The notes below the pieces were generated by a model. The model saw only the letters and a list, made by a program, of their open reading frames with translations. It had not been told where the DNA came from and did no database searches. 64,000 nt of DNA from Cetorhinus maximus (Eukaryota): the NCBI RefSeq assembly GCF_964194155.1, contig NC_135898.1:58218001-58282000 (forward strand). Direction: 5' to 3'. Both the position numbers and the translations under genes were made by a program. Within the stretch, counting starts at the first letter, position 1. Each line of letters begins with the position of its first letter. Below, piece after piece: positions 51,101-61,474 of the stretch.

Positions 51101-52214
51101 TCCTTAACCGATGCTGCCACCCCCTCCTCCTTTCCTTTCCTATCTCTTCTGAACACCTTGTACCCGGGAATATTTAACAACCAGTTCTGCCCTTCCTTGA
51201 GCTAGGCCTCTGTTATCGCCATAACATCATATTCCCACATGACAATCTGCGGCCGTAACTTCCCAATCTTATTTACCATACTCCGTGCATTCACATACAT
51301 GCATAGTAACCCTGATTTAGATTTTGTTATTTTCTCCCTTTCCCCGACTTTACCTATTCCATATACTAGTGCTATCTGTCCCTCCCAGTATTTTGTGCAC
51401 CCTGGTATTCCTCTCTAATATTATCTTTGATTCCCACACCCCCATCAAGTTAGTTTAAAGTCCTCCCAACAGCACTAGCAAGAAACTCAGTCCCACCTCT
51501 GTTCAGGTGCAACCCATCTGGCTTTTACAGGTGCCATCTCCCACAGAGCCAGTCCCAGTGTCCCAGGAATCTAAAGCCCTTCTTCCTGCACCATCTTTCC
51601 AGCCATGCATTCATCTGCCTTATCCTCCTGTTTGTGTACTCACTGGCACGTGGCACTGGGAGTAATCCAGAGATTACTACATTTGAGGTCCTGCTTGCTA
51701 ATTTTCTACCTAGCTCCCTAAATTCTGATTGCAGCACTACATCCCTCTTCCTACCTAAGTCATTGGTACCAATGTGGACCACGACCTCTGGCTGACCACC
51801 CTCCCCCCCAGAAGAATGTCCTGCAGCTGTTCTGTGACATCCTTGACCCTGGCACCAGGGAGGCAACATACCACCCTGGAGTCACGTCTACAGCCACAGA
51901 ATCTACAGCCACAGAAACGCCTGTCTGTTCCCCTAACCAATAAATCCCCTGTCACTATAGCTCTCCCTTTCTTCTTCCTCCCCTCCTGTACAGCCGAGCT
52001 GCTCATAGTGCCATAAACTTGGCTCTGATTGCACTCCTCTGAGGAACCAGTGCCCTCACCAGCTTCCAAAATGGAAAACTAATTTGTGAGCAGGGACCCA
52101 GGGGACTCCTGCACTACCTACCTACTTCTCTTGGACTGCCTAGTGGTCACCCATACCCTTTCTGTCTCCAGGCCCTGAAGCTGCAGAGTGACCACTTCTC
52201 TGAACGTGCTATCC
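48188..52214 (-). mobile_element. CR1 LINE (ORF1 esterase, APE, RT remnants)
   Basis: ORFs 51525-52069 (GDLLVRG..HIGTND), 50917-51180 (GVVYRPP), 48979-49218 (GVPQGSVLG..FADDTK). Tail agaatcacagaat. Confidence 0.92.
50009..50858. mobile_element. Solo LTR (850 bp) nested in CR1
   Basis: TATTATGA...CTTGACA termini. Exact 5-bp TSD CACTA at 50004-50008 and 50859-50863. CR1 sequence is continuous across it. Confidence 0.8.
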
Positions 52215-52986
52215 AAGGGCAATTAGGGATGAGCAATAAATGTTGGCCTAGCCAGCAATGGCTACATCCCATGAACGAATTTTTAAAAAAAAATCTGTGG
52301 CAGGGCCCCAGCGGTCAGCTTGACTTGGCTTACAAGTTGTAGATTTTTAAATGTTTGTGTGGCAAGTTGCTGAAAGTACAACCTGATTTGAATGAAAATA
52401 TGAAACAAGTAGACAATTTTTTTGAGTTACTGACAACCTGCCAGCATGATTGGAAGAAGAAATTGCAGTTATATGGGGCCATTCATATCTTGAAGATGTC
52501 CCGAATGCTTCTTGCTCAATGAAGTACTTTTTGAAGTCTAGTTTCAATTGTAACATAAGTAGAAGTCGCAGCCAATTTTCACCACAAACAGCGACCAAAT
52601 GATCCGTTTTAGTGATGGTGGTTGAGGGAAAAATGTTTTAAGAAGAGCTCCCTTGATCCTCTTTGAATAGTGCCATTGGATCTTTAAAATCCACCAGAGA
52701 GGGCAGACAAAGGTTTAACACCTCAACTGAAAGACTGCACTTTTGACGGTACCGTTCTCTCTCAGTATTTCACTGAAGTATCGGCCTAAATGGTCCAGAA
52801 GTCCATGACACTTGAGTTTTCTAGCCTCATTTGGAATATTTTTCTTCAGTGAGAGATGCTGCCAATTGCATGGAGGGCAGTAGTTATTTGGGGAAAATCC
52901 ACCATGTTTTACTTTTTAACATATATGGTAATGAATGCAAAGTTTCTGTTATCATACTAATTTATTATTCACCTGATTTATTTCAG

Positions 52987-53152
52987 TGCAGAGTCGGTAA
53001 CTTTGAATGACTGCCTGCAGCTGTCCTATTTGCCATCAAAGAGGAACCATATGTTGCTGCTATATCCCAGAGAAATCCTGATCCTTGACTTGGAAGTAAA
53101 CCAAACAGTAGGCATAGTTGCTATTGAAAGAACAGGAGCTCCATTTCTACAG
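52987..53152 (+). CDS. WDR11: WDR11 coding exon 6 (AESVTLNDCLQLSYLPSKRNHMLLLYPREILILDLEVNQTVGIVAIERTGAPFLQ)
   Basis: tttcag acceptor, CAG|GTAACT donor, 166 bp. Confidence 0.97.
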
Positions 53153-53756
53153 GTAACTAACTCTACCTTTCCACTGACATTGTTACATTTAGAATGACTA
53201 GAGAATGATTTAATTACTACAAATGTGGAGTTAAGCCTTTTGAGATATTGAGAATGAAGTTTGAGTTGGCAGTATATCTTGTATTGAAATCTGAGGGATA
53301 AAAAGGAAAGAGAGCTTCTACTTTTGGATTGTAATCCAGAAAATGCATCCTCACTTATGTAATTTAGAAATCAAGACTGCTGTGAGAATCTGATGTTATA
53401 TGGTGGCAATATTTTTTGATTATGAAGGATTGAATACTGGCTAAGTTTCAATATTGCCTTTTTGAGATTGAGAACTTCATAGTGTTTGAATAAATTCAGG
53501 ACAGATATTTGGCTGCACCCTGCTGGTATAATCACAGTTTCAGTGGGTATAATGTGAGCACCTCCTAATAATATCATTTGGTTGTTTCCTGATAAAAGAT
53601 ACTACAGTAGGGATGATGGCAAATATTAGATGTAAGTTTATGCATACAGTTTGTATGAAATTCTAGTACACGCCAAGTTCCAGTATTCTCGCATTAAGTA
53701 CATCACTACTCAGAGTAACTGATGTTTTCAAACTGTTTTCTGCTTCTCTGTCCTAG

Positions 53757-53871
53757 GTCATTCCTTGCCGTCAGCGGGATGCTTTATTCTGTCTTCATGA
53801 AAATGGCTGTATTACACTAAGAATCCGTCGAGCAAATTCCAGTTCACTGGCACTCTCCAGCGAAGAGCAGG
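53757..53871 (+). CDS. WDR11: WDR11 coding exon 7 (VIPCRQRDALFCLHENGCITLRIRRANSSSLALSSEEQ)
   Basis: tcctag acceptor, G|GTGAGC donor, 115 bp. Confidence 0.96.
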
Positions 53872-54039
53872 GTGAGCATGAGTGCCAATCATACAGTAAC
53901 TGGTTAACAAGTTGCAGATTATTTCTGCAGTAGTTTTAATCAGTATTGACTGCAATCAGCAAGGTGGGTATGTTGAGTTTAATCAGAGTTTAGGTATCCA
54001 TCCACCTTAGGAGATGATGGGCTGTGTCCAGGTATATGT

Positions 54040-56970
54040 CACTTCTGTATTGAACATCATCTGTTGTGGCTATAGAGGCCAATTCATGACTGGCAGTCCC
54101 TTCCGCAGCTGGCACAGATGAATAGCGTTGGCCCGAAGTCAGTTGCTCTTTTCCACCATCTGGCCATTTCTTCGGTCCTCTGCTTTTTCCATGCCCTTCC
54201 TTCCTACTTGTCTCCAGGCACTCCAGTTAGCAGCGAGGACTTCCTGTGCATCGACCCCAATCATTGTAGTCTCGCTTGTAGACATCCTTGTATCGCGGAC
54301 ATGGGTGACCTGTTGGTCTCACGCTGACAGCAAGCTCGCCATAGAACATATCTTAGGGGATGAGGCTGTTGTCCATTCGGCTCACATGACCCCCCAATGG
54401 AGTCACGGCTGACTCGAGAGCAAACATGCTGGGGATCCCTACATTCTGGTGTACTTCCATGCTCCACACCCTGTCTTGCCATATTCAGCAGAGGTGGAAG
54501 CTGTTCAGTTGCTTTTCTTGACTCACATAAGTTGTCCGTCCTTTGCTACTCTAAAGGAGGGTGCTGTGAATACAAACTTGGTACGCACAGAACTTTGTAT
54601 TTTCAGTTAGTTTGCTGTTGGTCCACACTTGGTTTTTGAACTTTGACATGACAGCTGCAGCCCTGGCATTTCTGGTACTGATTTCGGCATCATGGGACAG
54701 GTTGCTGGTAATGATTCCAAGGTATGTAAAGCTGTTGGCGACCTCCAGGGTGAGGTTGTCAGCGTTGCTGGAAGATGGAGCCTCCACATCCTGGCCCATA
54801 AGTTTGGTCTTCCTGATGCTGTTTGTCAGTGCAACTCCTTGCAGGCCCTGGAGAACCAATTCACAAGCTGTTGCAAGTAAACTTCAGTATGTGATGCCAG
54901 CGCGGCGGCATCAGCAAACAACGACTCACAATTCACAATACACACTTTGTCTTGGTGCACAGTCTTGCCAAGTTGAACAGCTTGCCATTAGCCCTGGGAT
55001 GCAGGTAGATATCCTCAGTTGATTTGCCGAAAGCGTCAAATAGAGTTGGTGCCAGGACGCAGCCCTGCTTTACCCCACTGTTGATTGTGAAAGCTTCCAC
55101 TGATGCTCCATTATAACTGACAAAACTGCATATTCTTATGGAAAGAAGAAATGATGCCCAGGGATCAAGGTGGGCAGCCTATTTTCCATCGCAGTTTAAT
55201 GATTCCGATTCTGCTGAAGAGATGGAAGGTCTCCTTCAGGTCTATGAAGGCAGTGTAGAGTGGCTTGTGCTATTCTTGACACTTCTGTAACTGCCAAAGT
55301 GTTAACTGTCGATCTGCCAGCTCTGAAGCCACACTAAGACTCAGGGTAGATGTGTGATGCCAGGGCCTGCAATCTGGTCAGAGCAACGCGAGCAAGGAGA
55401 TGCCTTGGCAATAGTTACAGTCACTGCGATCCCCTTTGTTTTTATACAAGGTGACTATTTTTGCATCACACATGGCTTGTGCAAATTTTTCCTTTGAGAA
55501 AAGATGCATAAGTTTATGGGGATGCTGCAGCGGGAGATGCTGCAGCAGTGCTGGTTTTCCACTTCTGTTGATTTTAGGTGGAATGCAGCTGTTTCCTGGA
55601 GCTTTTACCACAGGCAAGACAGTCACTGGCCCTGTTGAGCTCTACTATGGTAGGTTCGCTGTTCAGCTCCTCCATGACAGGAAAGTCTGGAATGGCACTG
55701 AGAGCTTCTTCAGTGACACTGTTCTCCATTGTGTAGTGTCCAAGATAGTGCTGTACCCACTTTTCCATCTGCATGCATGATCACTGATGATCATCCCTAT
55801 CTTTGTCTTCAAGGGGGCTGATTTGGTTGCTGCTGGATTTGTTGCATTCTTGATTCCTTCATACATCGCTCTGGCATCACCAGATTCAGCGGCAGATTGT
55901 ATGCTGTTGCAAACTTTCAACCAGTTTTGATTGGGGCAGTGCTGAGCAGTCTGCTGAGGCTTGATTCTAGCAACTCTGAGAACATCTAGATTTTGTTTGC
56001 CAAAGACTTGCTTGTAATTCATGAGAGCTCTCCTCTTGGTTGCAGCAATTGGTTCCATTCAGCATTCCTCTGATCCTTTTTTCTGTACGCATTGAATGCA
56101 GAGTTGTAGATGGTGTTTCGCAAATAGTCGCAGTTATTCGCTGCACTCTAACCTTGGCTGTTGTCCGAAAGAATTTGATCAAGGATGTTGAGGAACTCAT
56201 GGATCCTTTCTGGGTCAGTGGTACACCAAGTGTTGACCTGAAGCCGACTTTTCTTCTTCTTGGATTGGCATAGCCTCCTTGGCTGAAGTCTGATCTCGCT
56301 ACACACCAGTGAGTGGTCAGTGTCACAGTCAGTGCTGTGATAGCTAACGAGTGATGAGCACACTGTTGAGGGTGGTATTTCTGGTGATAATGAGATCCAG
56401 CCAGTGCCAGTGGTGTGATCTCGGAAGGCTCCTTGTGGCACGGCTTGGCTTGGAAGTAACAGCTTGTCATACGCAGTCCATTGTAGCGGCATAGCTCCAG
56501 CAGCCTCTGCCCATTTTTGTTCATCTTGCCAATTCTCTGGTGCCCTGTGCACATTGGCTAAGGCCAAGCTGTGCAGTCGGTCCCCACCTTTGCGTTGAAG
56601 TACCCTTAAAGGTACAGTCCCATGCTGCTGGGAATTTTGCTGATGACAGTGTGTGTGCTTCATAGAATTGATCCTTGAAATCAGGTGTGGAGGTGAGTGT
56701 CGGGCATAGATTCACGAGGTTAACTGGACCCTAGATTGTTGGCAAGCGAAGAGTAAGAAGTCTCTCTGGGCCTTCTGTGGGTGGTTCCGTCATCACGAGT
56801 GGAGTATTTTTTTTACTATGAAATGCACTCCAGGCTCACGTGTTGCTGCTTTCGATTTCCCCTGCCAGAAGGAGGTGTAATGTTTCTCTTTAAGCGATCC
56901 ACTTTGAGCGGGCCTAGTTTTTGCAGCACAGCAATGTCCACATTGAGCCTTGTAAGTTCCTTGTGATCAC
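54040..56970 (-). mobile_element. Degraded RTE-clade LINE (EN + RT)
   Basis: RLNVDIAVLQ (EN start, ~56950); GKMNKNGQRLLELC; DAKIVTLYKNKGDRSDCNY..GISLL; GVKQGCVLAPTLF near 55040-55078; FTYLG..AEISTR. Confidence 0.88.
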
Positions 56971-57364
56971 AGAGTTACTTTAGGAGACGCAATTCAGAAG
57001 ACATAATTCTCTGCATAAATGCATTTTCTTAGAAAAATTAAAAAAAAAATTTGTTATAATTTTCCAATTACGCTTATGATTCAACACCAACTTTCATAAA
57101 CTGAAACTAAGCCACATTTTTTGCATGTAGTCTCATTTTTAGAGCAAATAAACTTAAGTCAAAGGGAAAAGCAGAATAGAGAGAGGTTTTCTAAACACAC
57201 ACGGTAAAGTCATTTTTTAATCAGGAAGGAAATTATAGGACATGATGATCTGTGAGGATGAAGTCATGAGATTGCAAAAGAGCGTAGGAATGAATAGACG
57301 GGTTACATATTCAGTTCAATTTAATTAGTATATCTCGGGAAACACTGAAATGAAAGATCCCCAA

Positions 57365-57407
57365 AATGTTTTTAGATCCATATCAGCCTGTTCAGGAACT
57401 TACCTAA
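57365..57407 (+). repeat. Local duplicate of the WDR11 exon 8 acceptor and exon start
   Basis: aatgtttttagATCCAtATCAGCCTGTTCAGGAaCTTACCTA matches 58162-58203 at 40/42 positions. Confidence 0.92.
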
Positions 57408-58172
57408 GAGAGAGGAGGGGAAAAAACCTTAAAGTGCAGTAGATACATTTTTAAAACTGGTGGTGCGCTTTTAGAAGTGTCTTGGGATGTTTTCTACATT
57501 AAAGGAACAATATAAATGCAAATTGTTGTTGCAGCAGCTGGAAAAGGCTGTGAAAAAGGCAAATTGGATTCTGTGTTTCATATATTTAGGAGCACTGAAT
57601 ACAAAAGACAGAAAATGATCCTGAATTTGCACATACATTGACTAGGCCACAGGTGGAATATTGTGTTTAGTTTTGTGCAGGAAACATACTGGCACCATGG
57701 GAAGGGTATTATGAAGATTCCTTTGAATGATACCAGGAATGATAGGTTATAGTTATTAAGAGAGGCTTGAAAAAATGTGTCATGGAATGGAACTGGTTAA
57801 AGGGGATATAATAGTCATATAAATTATAGAAGGTTTTGAGAGGATAAATAATGAATGATTACTGCTGAAAATCCCATTGGAGCAATTCTGAATGGAAAAG
57901 TAGCAGGGCAAACTGTATTAATATATGGATTAGAAAGGGCAGAGAAATAGTGTTAGAGTAGTGGTCTCCAATTAAAGTCCCCTTCAGTGCTAGACTCCTT
58001 GGATTCTGTAACTTGCATTTATATAAAGCTTTATTACATCCTCAGTACAGCCCAAATCATTTCTTCATTTTGGAATAAGGACGTAAATTGCATTCTGATT
58101 AGACATAGTTAATTATTCTGCTTACAGAGGATTTTCTTTCATTTGAAATAACATTTTTCTTAATGTTTTTAG

Positions 58173-58371
58173 ATCCAGATCAGCCTGTTCAGGAGCTTAC
58201 CTACGATCTGCGATGTCAGTGTGACGCAATCCGAGTCACTAAGACAGTTCGCCCTTTTAACATGGTGTGCTGTCCTGTCAATGAAAATTCTGCTGCTTTG
58301 ATTGTCAGTGATGGCAGAGTGATGTTGTGGGAGTTGAAATCCAACTTATTGGGGCCAAAACCTTATTACAG
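58173..58371 (+). CDS. WDR11: WDR11 coding exon 8 (DPDQPVQELTYDLRCQCDAIRVTKTVRPFNMVCCPVNENSAALIVSDGRVMLWELKSNLLGPKPYY)
   Basis: tttttag acceptor, AG|GTATCT donor, 199 bp, phases consistent with exons 7 and 9. Confidence 0.94.
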
Positions 58372-59432
58372 GTATCTTTGTCTATTCTGTTCTGGAGAAA
58401 TATAGCAGACAATATCCAAACATATACATTTTAAAATGCTAATAGACTAAACAGTTATGTAGTGACTAAATATTAATCACCTGAGAATTACAAATTCATT
58501 TGTTTAAAAAGACCATTTCTTCTACATTCAGTACTTAAAAATTCATAAAAATCTAAGGAATTTCAGTAAAAAATTGAAGCAATTTGACCCCTTGTGCCTC
58601 TGCCAGTGTTAGATTCGTATCTCATTTCCTTGCTGTTACCCTGAAGCCTTCAATAATTTTCTTCATGTTTGTCTAATTCCCTCTTAAATATTGTGATTGA
58701 CTGTGTTTCAATAGCCACTTGTGGTAATGCTCTAATTTAACTTGTATGTTTTGAGTTATAGACTATGTGCTAAAACTGATGAGTACAATGACATCAATTC
58801 CACAAGTCTGATAATTGAGCAATTGACTGTCCTCGTGATTGATGGTACCAATGCTCAGGTCATAAATGCAGGAAAGGAAAGCATTTTGAAAGCACAAATG
58901 TTATATTGAGCTTTTAAATAGTTCTGGAACATTGATACTTTTTCAAATTCATATTTTTCAATGATTTATCAATGCTAAAATTAAAGGGAGTGGAATGGTT
59001 TTACACTTGTGCTAGCATCAAGCTAGGTAATACTTGTAGAGATGGTGAGGCTCCCTCATTCATTTAGTGTCAGCAATGTGCTTTAATGCTAATCGGGGTA
59101 AAAAAGGACTAATTATTCTTCTGGTTTCTCTGAGGCTACTGTTGTGTTAAGTTTTCTTAATTACCATGGGTGTTGTACCTTTGACTCAAATCTAAATGCA
59201 TAACTGCTAACATTCTCATTCAGCTGCTTTGTTCCTGTGAAACCCACCAAATTATATGTCCTCTGGAGTAGTGCTGCACTGGCTCCTGTATTTTTTTTCA
59301 TGTTAACCTCAAAAACAGGTGGTTTTAAATTGATTGCACCAATCAGATTACAAGCATACCGTAGGCTGTGCCATGAGCTTGGAGTCTGTGTCCAGCGAAG
59401 ATGCCACGCTCCCTTGTGAGTAGTGAGCCTGC

Positions 59433-59738
59433 TCAGTTCTGAACCATTTCTTTTGCTGTCTCCTTCAGCATCTTATGGATCTTTTCCAGCAGGTTCGTAT
59501 CAGTGCAGTATTCGGAAGCAAATTCCCGAATACCTTCTGATCTCTTCAGGAACACAGACCTCATAAACTCCCTCAGCAGCATTTCCACTTCTGGATGGTT
59601 CCTCAAGTAATATTCGTTGACAATTCGAGTATTTATCTTGAAGTGCCAGAGCCTGTCCTGCAGCTCGTCGTCGAGTGCTCCCAGATTGTACATCTCCATC
59701 CCGTAGGGAGGAGGAACCTGGGACTGCGGAACTGCCAT
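59433..59738 (-). CDS. RIIAD1: RIIAD1-like (RIIa dimerization/docking domain protein), intronless retrocopy with intact 101-aa ORF
   Basis: GAL..ELQDRLWHFKINTRIVNEYYLRNHPEVEMLLREFMRSVFLKRSEGIREFASEYCTD aligns with recalled RIIAD1 (FKIQTRIANEKYLRTHKEVEWLISGFFREIFLKRPDNILEFAADYFTD). Strong Kozak context AAGATGG. No introns. Confidence 0.85.
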   Translation of the reverse strand: MAVPQSQVPPPYGMEMYNLGALDDELQDRLWHFKINTRIVNEYYLRNHPEVEMLLREFMRSVFLKRSEGIREFASEYCTDTNLLEKIHKMLKETAKEMVQN

Positions 59739-60589
59739 CTTTAGCGCAGCCAGTTGGAGGTGAAGCCTTTGTGGTTGGGGTGGAGTACCCCAAGGACGCC
59801 AAGGACGTGTGTGTCATGTGCTACACACCAAATGTTGCTCATTAACATGGAACAGTGGGCAGATGTGTGCTGTGGATATGTGTTCTCTAAGAAATGGGCC
59901 ACAGCCCAAATCTACTTCGTGTAAGACTATTACAGCCAGCATGAAGTGCAAACCTACTTCATGAATCTGTTCTTAATTTGAACCTGTGTCACAAAGGTAA
60001 AAGAAATATTCTAATCCACGACATTTCCATACTTTATAGTTTGGGCCCACAATCAAACTATAAAGACGTCTTCTGTATACAGAAAGAGAGATCAGGCACC
60101 TATGCTCAGAGCTTTGACGATTGTTCATACTAATTATGCTCACTTGAGCACTAAGTATTGGCTTGGTTCATTTGATAGCATTCTCTGAAATTATCTTTGG
60201 TTCAATTTCACACCCCTCCCCCCACCCTTCCCAGTTCATGAGCATCCAATGCACTGCTGATGGAGTGCTGTACTGTTGGAATGAAGTCCTTGTAATGAGG
60301 GGTGAAATTGAGATGTATGCCTTGTCTGATATTTAGGGTGGATATTGACGATTCTGTGGCACTATCCATTAAAGTCCAAGGATGTCTCCTCATATATCCT
60401 GGCCAACATTCTGCCTATAACTAAGATCAAAAAAAATTGCTTATTTTTTTCATTATACTTCAAGTAATTTATTGCATGTAGAGTGCTTTGTGATGTTAAA
60501 ATACTTTATTAAATATTAAAAAGATTTTTTAACTTTATCAGTACTTTTCAATGCACAATTTTTGTGCATAAAATGACAGTTTTGTAGGA

Positions 60590-61175
60590 AGGCAAATATC
60601 ATATTGGCCTTTATTGCAAGGATCCAGGAGCACAAGAAGAAGGAAGTCTTGCTGCAATTGTACAGGGCTGTGTGGTGAGACCACACCTAGAGTACTGTGT
60701 GCAGCTTTGGTCTCTACGTTTAAGGAAGGATATGCCTGCATTGGAGGTGGTATAGCAAAGATTCACTAGATTGGTTCCTGGGATGAGAAGGTTGTCCTCT
60801 CAGAGGCTGAGTAAATTGGGCCTACCCTGTCTGGAATATAGAGAATCAGAAGTGAATCAGAATAGAGAATCATTGAAACATACAAAGTTCTGATGGGTCT
60901 TGATAGGTTGGAGACCGAGAGACTAGTTTTCCTGGCTGGCGCTACAGTCTCAGGATAAGGGCAATTAAGATTCCAATGAGAAGAAATTTCTTCACTCAGT
61001 GACCTGTGAGGAGATCTCTACCCAGAGGGCTGTACTCCATTGTTGAATATATTGAAGGCTGAAATAGTCAGATTCTTGGCCTCCGGAATCAAGAGTGGGT
61101 AAGATCAGCCATGACTGTATTGGATGGTGGAGCAGGCTTGAGGGGTCATATGGTCTACTTCTCCTATTTCTTATA
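60590..61175 (+). mobile_element. Old CR1 3' fragment
   Basis: gtgagaccacacctagagtactgtgtgcag (RPHLEYCVQ) plus the CR1 3' UTR motif gatcagccatga..ggtggagcaggcttgagggg. Confidence 0.75.
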
Positions 61176-61364
61176 TATTCTTTTATTCATTGCAATATTT
61201 TTTGAAAGAATCTCTGTACTTAATATTTAGTTGACTAACATATTTTCATTCTTTCCCACTGTTGCCATGTCATGAATATATGACGGCTAAAAATATTGTA
61301 GTTTATTATGCTTGATGTTTTTATTTTATTGCTTGAGTTATTTGTTGTTTTCTGTTTCTAACAG

Positions 61365-61474
61365 CTACTCGGGTTCCACAGTCTCTCCTTTGTATTGTCC
61401 AGTTTCATTTTGTGGAATTCCAGTGGGCACCCAACAGAAGAAACTTCCAGATCTCTCCTTGGATAACATGATCG
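61365..61474 (+). CDS. WDR11: WDR11 coding exon 9 (YSGSTVSPLYCPVSFCGIPVGTQQKKLPDLSLDNMI)
   Basis: tttctaacag acceptor, G|GTAACA donor, 110 bp. The gene continues beyond the window. Confidence 0.95.

Larger units (their letters stand above)
47900..52285 (+). mobile_element. tRNA-headed SINE split by a CR1 insertion (pieces 47900-48187 and ~52215-52285)
   Basis: The head has A/B-box-like motifs and a cactaatgtcctttagggaaagaaatctgcc core. The tail aagggcaattagggatgagcaataaatgttggcc resumes after the CR1. Confidence 0.7.

Noticed and set aside
59500-59817. Overlapping 105-aa ORF on the - strand
   Set aside because: Alternative frame of the RIIAD1-like retrocopy with no recognisable homology.
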